From contig JBDRAM010000042.1 in the NCBI GenBank assembly GCA_043823785.1, positions 1,563 through 65,562 on the forward strand: a stretch of 64,000 nt of DNA, written 5' to 3'. The translations under genes and the position numbers were made by a program. Below, piece by piece: positions 1-9,276 of the stretch (positions are counted from its first letter, which is position 1; every line of letters starts with the position of its first letter). The DNA is from Candidatus Omnitrophota bacterium. Lineage in GTDB: Bacteria; Omnitrophota; Gorgyraeia; JABMRG01. Under the pieces are notes generated by a model. That model had not been told where the DNA came from. It ran no database searches and saw nothing but the letters and a program-made list of their open reading frames with translations.

Positions 1-1
1 T

Positions 2-433
2 ACAGGGGTTGAGATACATCCTGGGGCGTCTATAGGAAAGGGGCTGTTTATAGATCACGGCATGGGCGTTGTTATAGGTGAGACGGCGATAATAGGCGAT
101 AATGTTACTCTTTTTCAGGGCGTAACCCTTGGCGGGACGGGCAAGGAGAGAGGCAAGCGTCACCCGACCATAGGAAACAATGTTGTTGTGGGAACAGGGG
201 CAAAGATCCTTGGCAATATTACGGTAGGGGACAACTCTTACATAGGTGCGAACGCTGTGGTTATTAAAGATGTGCCTCAGAGTTCTACTGTAGTGGGCGT
301 GCCTGGAAGAGTTACTAAACAGGATGGTAAAAAGATAGACATAAGCTTAGATCATATCCATGTCCTCGACCCCATAAAGCAGTCTATGGAGGCCCTTGAG
401 GAAAGGATCAGGGAGTTGGAAAGTAAAAGATAG
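2..433 (+). CDS. cysE: Serine O-acetyltransferase (5'-truncated by window edge)
   Basis: Frame open from base 2 (TGVEIHPGA...[12 protein letters not shown]), [17 protein letters not shown] motif, hexapeptide repeats; precedes cysS. Confidence 0.95.
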   Translation, partial: TGVEIHPGASIGKGLFIDHGMGVVIGETAIIGDNVTLFQGVTLGGTGKERGKRHPTIGNNVVVGTGAKILGNITVGDNSYIGANAVVIKDVPQSSTVVGVPGRVTKQDGKKIDISLDHIHVLDPIKQSMEALEERIRELESKR

Positions 434-442
434 CGTATTGCG

Positions 443-462
443 CCTGCCTGCCGGCAGGCAGG
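443..462. repeat. Perfect 20-bp palindrome CCTGCCTGCCGGCAGGCAGG (REP-like)
   Basis: Read directly; sits within TAGCGTA heptamer repeats (431-474). Confidence 0.8.
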
Positions 463-479
463 TATAGCGTATAGATATT

Positions 480-1934
480 ATGAAAATATATAATTCACTG
501 ACTAAGATAAAAGAAGAATTTAAGCCTTTAAACCCGCCAAAAGTAAATATTTATACCTGTGGCGTTACTGTATATGATGAGTGTCATATAGGCCATGCCA
601 GAAGCCTCTATATATTCGATGTCATAAGAAGATACTTAGAGTATAAAAAATTTAAAGTTAACTTCGTCCGCAACATAACTGATATAGATGATAAGATAAT
701 AAACCGTGCTAATGAGCTTAATGCTGATTGGAAGGAACTGGTTGATAAGTACATTGCCAGCTATAATGATGACCTAAAATCTCTGGGCATAGACAAGGGT
801 ATATTAGATAAAGATAAGGAAGAACCCAGAGCTACTAAAAATATACCCGATATGATTAAATATATAAAAGGCCTTATTGACAAAGAGTATGCTTATGAAT
901 CTGGCGGCGATGTATATTTTAGCGTAAGAAAATTCTTTGGTTACGGAAAATTATCCGGACAGAGTATAGACCAGATGCTTGATGGTGTTAGGATTGAATC
1001 CGGAGAAAAGAAGAAAGACCCTCTAGACTTTGCCTTATGGAAGAAATCCAAAGAAGAAGAGCCTTCATGGGATAGCCCATGGGGAAAGGGTAGGCCTGGC
1101 TGGCATATAGAGTGTTCGGTGATGAGCCAAAAGTTTTTAAAGGCAGACACCCTCGACATACATGCGGGCGGCAGAGACCTTATATTTCCGCATCATGAGA
1201 ATGAAATTGCCCAAGCCGAGGCATTTACAGGAAAGCCTTTTACAAACTACTGGATGCATCATGGCTTACTTACTATAAATGGCCAAAAGATGTCAAAATC
1301 GTTAGGTAATTTTATAACAATAAAGGATGCGTTAAGTAAATACAGCCCGGATTCATTAAAGATCTTTTATCTCCAGGCACATTATTCAAGCGCCATAGAT
1401 TTTTCAGATAAAAACATAAAAGAGGCCGGGGCAGCGCTTGAAAGGTTAAGCATATTTATAGATAAGGCGGAAAGAATAGAGGATATAGCGGGCAAAGGCA
1501 AAAATATATTGCCTTCAACTCAAGTTTTTGTAGATCAGGTGAATAATCTTGAGAATAAATTCGTAGAAGCCATGGATGATGATTTCAATACTCCGCAGGC
1601 GCTTAGTTTTTTATTTGAGATGGTCAAAGAGGCTAATAAATGCGAGGTTTTAAAAGATGGAGATATTTTATATACAGCACGAAGCATTAAGAAGTTAAGT
1701 CGTATTTTTGGGCTATCGCTGAAAAGGGAAGAGATCGATACAGAGCTTAAAACATATATTGAAAAAAAGATAAAAGAGCGTGAAGACGCAAGAAAGACTA
1801 AAGATTTCAAAAGAGCAGATGATATAAGAGAAAAGCTGCAGGAAAAAGGGATTGTAATAGAGGATTGCAAAGAAGGAACAACATGGCGAAAGCACACAGC
1901 GCACATAGAAGTTAATGATGAGAGGAAACCGTGA
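480..1934 (+). CDS. cysS: Cysteine--tRNA ligase
   Basis: CGVTVYDECHIGHAR (HIGH), GRPGWHIECS, KMSKS, DDDFNTP. Confidence 0.98.
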   Translation: MKIYNSLTKIKEEFKPLNPPKVNIYTCGVTVYDECHIGHARSLYIFDVIRRYLEYKKFKVNFVRNITDIDDKIINRANELNADWKELVDKYIASYNDDLKSLGIDKGILDKDKEEPRATKNIPDMIKYIKGLIDKEYAYESGGDVYFSVRKFFGYGKLSGQSIDQMLDGVRIESGEKKKDPLDFALWKKSKEEEPSWDSPWGKGRPGWHIECSVMSQKFLKADTLDIHAGGRDLIFPHHENEIAQAEAFTGKPFTNYWMHHGLLTINGQKMSKSLGNFITIKDALSKYSPDSLKIFYLQAHYSSAIDFSDKNIKEAGAALERLSIFIDKAERIEDIAGKGKNILPSTQVFVDQVNNLENKFVEAMDDDFNTPQALSFLFEMVKEANKCEVLKDGDILYTARSIKKLSRIFGLSLKREEIDTELKTYIEKKIKEREDARKTKDFKRADDIREKLQEKGIVIEDCKEGTTWRKHTAHIEVNDERKP

Positions 1935-2626
1935 CCAAGACTCTAAAAAAAGGATTATTCATAACAGTTGAGGGTTCAGAGGGAAGCGGTAAGTCTACCC
2001 AGTCTAAGATGCTTTCGGATTTTCTTAAAAATAAAGGTTTTAAGGTTGTTAATTTTCGTGATCCAGGGGCTACCAAGCTGGGTGAGGACGTGAGAAATAT
2101 ACTCTTAAAGCCGGGTGAGAAACTTGCCGCCACTTCAGAGACTTTACTTTATATGGCTGCCCGCGCGCAGCTTGTTTATGAGAAGATATTACCGGCGCTA
2201 AAGAAAAGAAAGATAGTCATATGCGACAGGTTTACAGATGCCACTGTATGCTATCAGGGCTATGGGTTAGGGGTTGATATAAAGCTGATAGAGGCTTTAA
2301 ATAAATTTGTGACAAATTCTACGATACCGGCTCTTACGTTATTTTTGGATTTAAATATAAAGAAAGGCTTAAAGCGCTCGCATAATGTTAAGGGGTATTC
2401 TGACAGGATAGAGCAAAGGAGCAATAGTTTTCATAAAAAGGTGAGAGAAGGTTATATTGCTCAGGCAAAAAGATTCCCGAAGCGAATAAAAAGAATCATT
2501 GTCGATGGAAACAGCAAGGAGAGAACGCAGGAGATCATAAGGGCGCTGGTTTTAGAGTGTATAAGTAAGAAGGAAAAATTAAAAAGTAAGCGCCTAAAAG
2601 GCGCGCAATCCACCGTAGCCCTATAG
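1931..2626 (+). CDS. tmk: Thymidylate kinase (C-terminal ~15 aa read from a repeat element)
   Basis: EGSEGSGKST P-loop, CDRF motif, YQGYG. Confidence 0.95.
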   Translation: MTKTLKKGLFITVEGSEGSGKSTQSKMLSDFLKNKGFKVVNFRDPGATKLGEDVRNILLKPGEKLAATSETLLYMAARAQLVYEKILPALKKRKIVICDRFTDATVCYQGYGLGVDIKLIEALNKFVTNSTIPALTLFLDLNIKKGLKRSHNVKGYSDRIEQRSNSFHKKVREGYIAQAKRFPKRIKRIIVDGNSKERTQEIIRALVLECISKKEKLKSKRLKGAQSTVAL

Positions 2627-2740
2627 TAGTATCCGCGTGGTAAGGGGCGAAGGCGGATAAAAAGTAAGCGCCTAAAAGGCGCGCAATCCACCGTAGCCCT
2701 ATAGTAGTATCTGCGTAGTAACGGCGAAGGCGGATAAAAA
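2580..2740. repeat. Tandem pair of ~78-bp palindromic REP-like units
   Basis: AAGCGCCTAAAAGGCGC...ATCCACCGTAGCCC...GGCGAAGGCGGAT occurs twice; third copy at 24805-24885. Confidence 0.85.
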
Positions 2741-2752
2741 AGGCAGTTTTAA

Positions 2753-3724
2753 ATGTCATTGAGCGATATTAAGGGGCAGGAAAGGGCGGTTGAGATTCTA
2801 AGAAGGAGTGTTCAGCAGGAAAGAATAGCTCACGCTTATCTATTTCTTGGGCCTTCCGGAACAGGGAAGAAAAAAACAGCTTTAGAATTCGCCAAACTGC
2901 TGAATTGTGAAAGCTCAGGAAGCGATTCCTGCGGGCACTGCTCTTCCTGCATCAAGATAGAGAAATCTATACACCCAGATGTATCAGTTATATTTAAGGA
3001 TGCTAACCTATCTTTTATACCCATAGATAAGATAAGAGATATACAGCGCAGGATAGCTCTGAAAGCCTTTGAGGCAAAGTATAAGATAGCTATTATCGCG
3101 GATGCTGAAGATATGAGCGAGGAGGCCTCAAACTGCCTTCTTAAGGTGCTTGAAGAGCCTACCCCTGATACCTTGTTGATATTGACTATATCAAGCCAGA
3201 GAAGGATACCTGCCACTGTTATATCCAGATGTCAGATAATAAGGTTTAGGCCGCTTACCATAGATGAGGTCAATAATATATTGATTAAGGATTTTTCAAT
3301 AGAGGAGAAGGAGGCCAAATTCTTATCCGCCCTTTCAGGGGCCAGTATATCAAAGGCTCTGATCTTGAAGGATAAAGACGCTCTTTTATGGAAAAACTTA
3401 GTTATCGATGAGTTTAATAGCTACAGATCCAGGCTTGGCAGCATTGAGGATTCTGTTTTATCCAATGAGCGCAAGATACATATGGAGGCCATGGACATAC
3501 TTATTGGCTTTTACCGGGATGTGCTTGTATATAAATTTGTCAAGGATGATAACATGATAATAAACATAGACAGAATAAAAGATATAGAAGACTTAGCCGA
3601 AAGAGCCGAGGCAGAGAAGATCAGTGAAGCGATCAAGGATATCGAAGAGGCCAGATCGTCCATATCTTCTAATGCCAATTTGAAATTGGCTATAAGTGTT
3701 CTTAAGGAGAATCTCGCTTTTTAA
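2753..3724 (+). CDS. holB: DNA polymerase III delta' subunit
   Basis: HAYLFLGPSGTGK, Cys4 zinc module, HPD, LLKVLEEP, SRC; follows tmk. Confidence 0.95.
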   Translation: MSLSDIKGQERAVEILRRSVQQERIAHAYLFLGPSGTGKKKTALEFAKLLNCESSGSDSCGHCSSCIKIEKSIHPDVSVIFKDANLSFIPIDKIRDIQRRIALKAFEAKYKIAIIADAEDMSEEASNCLLKVLEEPTPDTLLILTISSQRRIPATVISRCQIIRFRPLTIDEVNNILIKDFSIEEKEAKFLSALSGASISKALILKDKDALLWKNLVIDEFNSYRSRLGSIEDSVLSNERKIHMEAMDILIGFYRDVLVYKFVKDDNMIINIDRIKDIEDLAERAEAEKISEAIKDIEEARSSISSNANLKLAISVLKENLAF

Positions 3725-3725
3725 A

Positions 3726-3820
3726 AGCGTATAGCTATAGAGGCCTAGGGTGCAGGCACTAGGGTCTTGGGTTTTAAGCAATTGTGCCCTTCACCCTACA
3801 CCCTACAACCTACAGCCTAT
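3726..3820. repeat. Heptamer-periodic inverted-arm repeat (TAGGGTG-like / CACCCTA-like)
   Basis: 3732-3779 is near-identical to 4660-4707; arms are complementary. Confidence 0.8.
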
Positions 3821-3847
3821 TATTTACAGTTTAATAAGGGAGTTACT

Positions 3848-4648
3848 ATGATAAAGGTCGTGGAGGTAAAACAAAGGGAAGAAGGAAAGGCCACATATTA
3901 TTCAATAGGTGAGCTTTCTCCTTCCGCGGGAGACTACGTAATAGTAGAATCAGATAGGGGCCTGGATTACGGACAGGTCTTGTCGGGAGAAGAGGTTCTT
4001 TTGGATACAGATATCCTTCCGGAGCCGCTGCGTAAGATTGTGCGTATCGCAAGCAAAGGCGACATGGAAAAAATAGAGCGTAACCAGCAGAAAGCAAAAG
4101 AGGTAATAAAGACCTGTGATAAAAAAATAGCAGAGCATAAACTTGATATGAAATTGATAGATGTAGAGCTCTCCTTTGACTGCAGTAAGATAATATTTTA
4201 TTTTACAGCTGAAGAGAGGGTTGATTTCAGGGACCTTGTAAAGGATCTTGCCAAGATATTCAAGGCCCGCATAGAACTGAAACAGGTAGGTGTGCGCGAT
4301 GAGACAAAGATGTTTGGGGGTTTTGGGCAATGCGGCAGAGAACTCTGCTGCGCAAGATTCCTCAAAGATTTTGAACCTGTTACAATAAAAATGGCCAAAG
4401 ACCAATGCCTTCCGCTTAACCCGACAAAGATATCAGGAGTCTGCGGAAGGCTTATGTGCTGCCTATCATTTGAACACAAGTGCTATAAGGAGCTTGCCAA
4501 GGGCTTGCCAAGGGCCGGACAGCGAGTAAAGACAAAAGAAGGCGCAGGCAAGATAGTAGATGTGAATTTTTTAAAGCGTACAGCGACTGTGGAAATGGAA
4601 GACGGCAGGCAGATTAAGATAAACTATGATAAAGAAAGTAAAAAGTAA
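3848..4648 (+). CDS. ricT: PSP1-domain protein (RicT/YaaT family)
   Basis: VDFRDLVKDLA, GQCGRELCC, KISGVCGRLMCCL; holB-yaaT-metG synteny; ATG at 3848 follows AAGGGAG. Confidence 0.9.
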   Translation: MIKVVEVKQREEGKATYYSIGELSPSAGDYVIVESDRGLDYGQVLSGEEVLLDTDILPEPLRKIVRIASKGDMEKIERNQQKAKEVIKTCDKKIAEHKLDMKLIDVELSFDCSKIIFYFTAEERVDFRDLVKDLAKIFKARIELKQVGVRDETKMFGGFGQCGRELCCARFLKDFEPVTIKMAKDQCLPLNPTKISGVCGRLMCCLSFEHKCYKELAKGLPRAGQRVKTKEGAGKIVDVNFLKRTATVEMEDGRQIKINYDKESKK

Positions 4649-4653
4649 AGCTT

Positions 4654-4741
4654 AGCGGTTAGCTATAGAGGTCTAGGGTGCAGGTCCTAGGGTCTAGGGT
4701 TTTAAGCCATTACACCCTACGCCCTAGAGCCTACACCCTAT
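4654..4741. repeat. Heptamer-periodic inverted-arm repeat, second copy
   Basis: TAGCTATAGAGGTCTAGGGTGCAGG...CACCCTACGCCCTAGAGCCTACACCCTA. Confidence 0.8.
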
Positions 4742-4757
4742 AATACAGGAATTATAT

Positions 4758-6290
4758 ATGACTAAAAAGGTGTTTTACATTACTACCCCGCTGTATTACG
4801 TGAATGCCAAGCCGCACATAGGCCATTCCTATACAGAGGTCGCGTGTGATTGTATCGCGCGCTACAAAAGGATGAGCGGGGATAAGGTATTGTTTTTAAC
4901 AGGCACAGATGAACATGGGCAGAAAGTGCAGCGCTCTGCTGAGGCTGAAGGCAAAAATACATTGGAATTCATAGATTCCGTTGTTTTTAAATTTAAAGAC
5001 CTCTGGAAGAGATTGGATATATCCTACGACGACTTTATAAGAACCACTGAAGACAGGCACAAGAAGGTTGTGAAAAAGATATTAACCATACTCTACGATA
5101 AGGGAGACATATATCAGGATGAATATAAAGGGTTCTATTGCACGCCCTGCGAGACATTTTGGCCTAAGCTTCAGATAGAAGAGAACCTTTGCCCTGATTG
5201 CAAGCGAAAACTTGAAGAGATATCCGAGACAAATTACTTTTTTAAACTGTCTAAGTATCAGGGCTGGCTTAAGGATTATATAAAGGAACACGATGATTTT
5301 ATAAAGCCGGATTTTCGAAGAAATGAGGTTCTGGGGTATCTTGATGAGCCTCTGAACGACCTGTGTATATCGAGGCCGCGCCAGAGGTTATCATGGGGCA
5401 TAGAGATACCTTTTGCCAAAGGCCATGTTACCTATGTATGGTTTGATGCTCTGGTAAATTATATCAGCGCCTGCGGATGGGGAGAGGATGAGAATAGATT
5501 TAAGAGTTTATGGCCCGCGGATTTTCATGTCATAGGTAAGGATATTTTACGGCCCCATGCGGTCTATTGGCCTATGATGCTTTATGCCGCGGGCATCGAA
5601 CCTCCAAAATCCATATTCGCGCACGGCTGGTGGATGCTCAGCGGAGAAAAGATCTCAAAATCGAAGGGTAATATTATAGATCCTTTTGAGATGATAGAGA
5701 AATATGGCCATAATGCCTACAGGTATTTTCTGCTGCGTGAGGTAACATTTGGCTTGGACGGAACTTTTTCGGAAGAGGCCTTTATCACAAGATTTAACAG
5801 TGACCTTGCCAATGACCTTGGCAATCTGCTAAACCGTACCTTGACTATGGTCGAGAAGTATTTTGACGGTATTATACCGGATAGAGGCGAAATGAGCGAA
5901 GCTGATATAGAACTTGAAGATAAGTTGTATGCGCTGCCCGCTAAAATAGACAGTATTATCTTAGGATTTAATTTTAGCCAGGCGCTTATGGCTATATGGG
6001 AGATAATAAATAATGCCAATAAGCATATAGAGTCCCAGGCTCCGTGGCAGCTCGCAAAGGCCAAGCAGGCAGAAAGGCTCAAGGCTGTTATCCATATTCT
6101 TGTTAAGGTGCTTTCTCATCTAAGTTTTATTATATATCCCTTTATGCCTGACGCGGCCTTAAATATGATGGGCCAGATCGGCATGGATATCAAAGAAGAA
6201 GATATTTTATTGGACAAGCTAAAGGGAGAATTGTTGAAACCCGGAACAAAGATCAGCAAAGGAAAACCGATATTTCCTCGAATAATTTAG
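4758..6290 (+). CDS. metG: Methionine--tRNA ligase (short form, no C-terminal tRNA-binding domain)
   Basis: YITTPLYYVNAKPHIGH, GTDEHG, YVWFDAL, KISKS. Confidence 0.97.
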   Translation: MTKKVFYITTPLYYVNAKPHIGHSYTEVACDCIARYKRMSGDKVLFLTGTDEHGQKVQRSAEAEGKNTLEFIDSVVFKFKDLWKRLDISYDDFIRTTEDRHKKVVKKILTILYDKGDIYQDEYKGFYCTPCETFWPKLQIEENLCPDCKRKLEEISETNYFFKLSKYQGWLKDYIKEHDDFIKPDFRRNEVLGYLDEPLNDLCISRPRQRLSWGIEIPFAKGHVTYVWFDALVNYISACGWGEDENRFKSLWPADFHVIGKDILRPHAVYWPMMLYAAGIEPPKSIFAHGWWMLSGEKISKSKGNIIDPFEMIEKYGHNAYRYFLLREVTFGLDGTFSEEAFITRFNSDLANDLGNLLNRTLTMVEKYFDGIIPDRGEMSEADIELEDKLYALPAKIDSIILGFNFSQALMAIWEIINNANKHIESQAPWQLAKAKQAERLKAVIHILVKVLSHLSFIIYPFMPDAALNMMGQIGMDIKEEDILLDKLKGELLKPGTKISKGKPIFPRII

Positions 6291-6296
6291 GATCTC

Positions 6297-7088
6297 ATGC
6301 TAATAGAAACACATGCCCATTTGGATTTTCCGGAGTATGATGACGATTTCGACGATGTTATAAAGCGGGCGAATGACTCCGGAGTCGGTATTATTATTAA
6401 TGTTTCAGCAAGCATAGAGAGCAACTTAAGGTCAGTAGCTTTAAGCCGAAAGTACGATTGCATATACTCATCCTGCGGCGTTCATCCCCACGACTCGAAA
6501 CTTGTTACCTCCGATACTGTCAATGAGATAAAGTCTCTTATATTATCATCAGACAAGGTTGTAGCGATAGGCGAAGTCGGTTTAGATTTTTATAAAAACA
6601 TATCCCCCAGAGACAGCCAGGAAAAGATTTTTGTTAAATTCGTAAACCTCTCCAAGGAATTAGATTTGCCGCTTATAATACACTGCCGAAATGAATCAGC
6701 CAATAAGAAAGACGCTTCAGCCCAGGCGCTTAAGATAATGAAACAGTACTTAGGCGCGCCCTTAAGGGGCGTTATGCATTGTTTTTCAGGAGATAAAACA
6801 TTGTTAAGAGAATATCTTGACGCGGGGTTGTATGTGTCATTTACCTGCAATGTTACCTTTGAGAGAGCAGAGGGCTTAAGAGAGGTGCTTAAATATGTTC
6901 CTGTTGAGAGGCTTCTTCTTGAGACAGATTGTCCGTTTTTAGCCCCTCAGGCAAAGAGAGGTGAGCGCAATGAACCGGCATATCTTCAATATCTGGTTAA
7001 TACTGTATCAGAATCTCTTAACATATCAAAGCAGGAAGTAGCGGACATTACCACACAAAACGCCAAGAGGTTATTCAATATATCGTGA
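6297..7088 (+). CDS. tatD: TatD family nuclease
   Basis: ETHAHL, GVHPH, AIGEVGLD, HCFSG, LLETDCPFLAP. Confidence 0.93.
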   Translation: MLIETHAHLDFPEYDDDFDDVIKRANDSGVGIIINVSASIESNLRSVALSRKYDCIYSSCGVHPHDSKLVTSDTVNEIKSLILSSDKVVAIGEVGLDFYKNISPRDSQEKIFVKFVNLSKELDLPLIIHCRNESANKKDASAQALKIMKQYLGAPLRGVMHCFSGDKTLLREYLDAGLYVSFTCNVTFERAEGLREVLKYVPVERLLLETDCPFLAPQAKRGERNEPAYLQYLVNTVSESLNISKQEVADITTQNAKRLFNIS

Positions 7089-8149
7089 TAAATAAAATAA
7101 GAGATATAATAAATAAAAACCGCCTTTATTCGTGTATGGCGGTATTTATTATATTGATCCAGGCCGCTGCTCTTATGACTGGTAATAGTGAGGATATATC
7201 TGAAGAAAAGAGATCCTTATCATCTGATGAGTTAAAAGAGCAGATGGAACTGAGGCAAGAGGCTTTCAGGCAGATCATAAAAAAAGACCAGAGGCTTGCC
7301 GCGAATATGGGGTTCTTATCTTTATTTATGATCATAATTTTTATAACAGGCATAGTATTTCTCGCAGATTATATTAATAAAAGGAAGAGATATAATATAG
7401 AACTTATACCAAAGACTCTTGACGCGCCACCGCCTCTTTGGTCACCCGGCGATGTTTTAAAGGTGATAATACTGATCCTGTTTTTCAGCCAGATTTTTTT
7501 CATATTTGCCGCTTTTTTAGATAAAATTTTTTATAACAGAAGCATGGATAAGCGCTCAGGGATAATAGCCTCAACAGTATTCACGGATATCCTTATTTTT
7601 ATGCTGGTACTTAAGGTTGTCATGGAAAAATATAGGCAGAGCATAGCGGCCCTGGGCATATCCTTTAAATCTTTTTTAAGAAACATTGGTATCGCGCTGT
7701 ATTCATATATAGGATTTCTGCCTGTGCTGGCAGTTATTTTTGTAACAATTTTAACAGCGGCAAAGGTCTTTAACTACAGCCCGCCCCCTCAACCCATATA
7801 TGAGCTTATATTTGAAGAAAAGCGCGTTTTTCTTCTTCTTATGATCTCAATTATGATTTCTATGGTAGGCCCTTTTATCGAAGAGGTTTTTTTCAGAGGG
7901 TTTTTGTACGCCGCGTTGAGGAGAAGGCTAAGCGCATCTTTAAGCATCTTCATAAGCGCGTTTTTCTTCTCTTTACTCCACGCGAACCTACTTGGATTTT
8001 TTCCTATTTTGGCACTGGGCATGTTTTTGGCATATTTAAGAGAAAAGACAAATTCACTCATACCTTCTATAGCTGTCCACATACTGCATAATACAGCTTT
8101 GACATGCATGATGTTTTTTGTTCGCGAGATAACATCTAAAACTATTTAA
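7085..8149 (+). CDS. CPBP (CAAX/Abi) family intramembrane metalloprotease
   Basis: Multiple TM segments; EEVFFRG, FSLLH, HILHN motifs. Confidence 0.9.
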   Translation: MINKIRDIINKNRLYSCMAVFIILIQAAALMTGNSEDISEEKRSLSSDELKEQMELRQEAFRQIIKKDQRLAANMGFLSLFMIIIFITGIVFLADYINKRKRYNIELIPKTLDAPPPLWSPGDVLKVIILILFFSQIFFIFAAFLDKIFYNRSMDKRSGIIASTVFTDILIFMLVLKVVMEKYRQSIAALGISFKSFLRNIGIALYSYIGFLPVLAVIFVTILTAAKVFNYSPPPQPIYELIFEEKRVFLLLMISIMISMVGPFIEEVFFRGFLYAALRRRLSASLSIFISAFFFSLLHANLLGFFPILALGMFLAYLREKTNSLIPSIAVHILHNTALTCMMFFVREITSKTI

Positions 8150-8154
8150 AAGAT

Positions 8155-8217
8155 AGGGCGCCACAAAAGTGACGCCCTTGATTACAAAGATTGTCAAATG
8201 ACAGATTACAGAGATTG
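8155..8217. repeat. Hairpin + GATTACAxAGATT element (half copy)
   Basis: AGGGCG..CGCCCT hairpin followed by TGATTACAAAGATT; related to copies at 29478, 41758 and 62585. Confidence 0.6.
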
Positions 8218-8238
8218 TTTATCGATCGGGAGGCGATT

Positions 8239-9276
8239 ATGATATGTAAGACAATAGTATATAAAGGCGGCAGGCTGAAGATCATAGACCAGAGAGCCCT
8301 GCCTCAAAGGTTGATATTCAAACAATGCGGTAATATAAAGGATATTAATTATTATATAAGAACGCTTGCGGTAAGGGGTGCGCCGGCAATAGGCGTCTTT
8401 GCGGCATACGGACTTTATGTTTCAGTTAAAGACATAAAGATTTCAAACCAGAAGTTGTTTCTCGATAAGCTCAGCGATGCAGTAGGCTATCTTAAAGGGA
8501 GCCGGCCCACAGCTGTAAATCTTTTCTGGGCACTTGATAGGATGAAAGACGCCGCGTTAAAAAACCGCGATAGATCAGTAGGCAGGATAAAGAGGATTCT
8601 GCTGGATGAAGCAAAAAAGATCCATAAGGAAGATAAGCTTATGTGTGAAAGGATTGGCAGAAACGGCGCAAGGCTCATAAGGTCAGGCGATAGGATACTT
8701 ACGCATTGTAACGCGGGTTTGCTTGCGACATCCGGCGAAGGAACGGCGCTTGCGGTTATCTATAGAGCCAAGAAAGACGGTAAAAGAATAAAGGTCTACG
8801 CGGATGAGACCAGGCCTTTGCTGCAGGGCGCGCGCCTTACAACCTGGGAGCTTAAGAAAAGCGGTATTGATGTTACATTGATATGTGATAATATGGCAGC
8901 GTCTCTTATGAGGCAGAAAGGCATAGATAAGATCATAGTGGGCGCGGACAGGATCGCGAGAAACGGAGATTTCGCGAATAAGATAGGGACGTATGGCTTA
9001 GCTGTACTCGCGAAGGCGCACAATATACCCTTCTATGTCGCTGCTCCGAGCTCAACTTTAGACCTAGACTTAAGAAATGGCAAAGATATACCTATTGAAC
9101 ATAGAGACCCTGATGAGGTAAGAAAGATAAAAGGAATATATACAGCGCCTAGGGATGTGAAAGTTTATAACCCTGCTTTTGACGTGACTCCAAACAATCT
9201 TATAACCGCTATAATAACTGAAAAAGGTGTATTTAAAAAGCCGTTTAAATATCTGGCGAAAAGATCTAAATGCTAA
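8239..9276 (+). CDS. mtnA: S-methyl-5-thioribose-1-phosphate isomerase
   Basis: VRGAPAIG, RPTAVNL, THCNAG, ETRPLLQGARLT, GADRI, NPAFDVTP; ATG at 8239 follows GGGAGG. Confidence 0.95.
   Translation: MICKTIVYKGGRLKIIDQRALPQRLIFKQCGNIKDINYYIRTLAVRGAPAIGVFAAYGLYVSVKDIKISNQKLFLDKLSDAVGYLKGSRPTAVNLFWALDRMKDAALKNRDRSVGRIKRILLDEAKKIHKEDKLMCERIGRNGARLIRSGDRILTHCNAGLLATSGEGTALAVIYRAKKDGKRIKVYADETRPLLQGARLTTWELKKSGIDVTLICDNMAASLMRQKGIDKIIVGADRIARNGDFANKIGTYGLAVLAKAHNIPFYVAAPSSTLDLDLRNGKDIPIEHRDPDEVRKIKGIYTAPRDVKVYNPAFDVTPNNLITAIITEKGVFKKPFKYLAKRSKC

Noticed and set aside
2580-2740. Possible CRISPR array
   Set aside because: Two whole-unit tandem copies with no unique spacers; no cas genes in window
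3767-3847. Upstream ORF-track starts (also 8191, 14369, 16507, 36531, 37748, 43587, 48665)
   Set aside because: Extensions run through repeats, promoters or upstream genes; downstream starts fit RBS or family N-termini better
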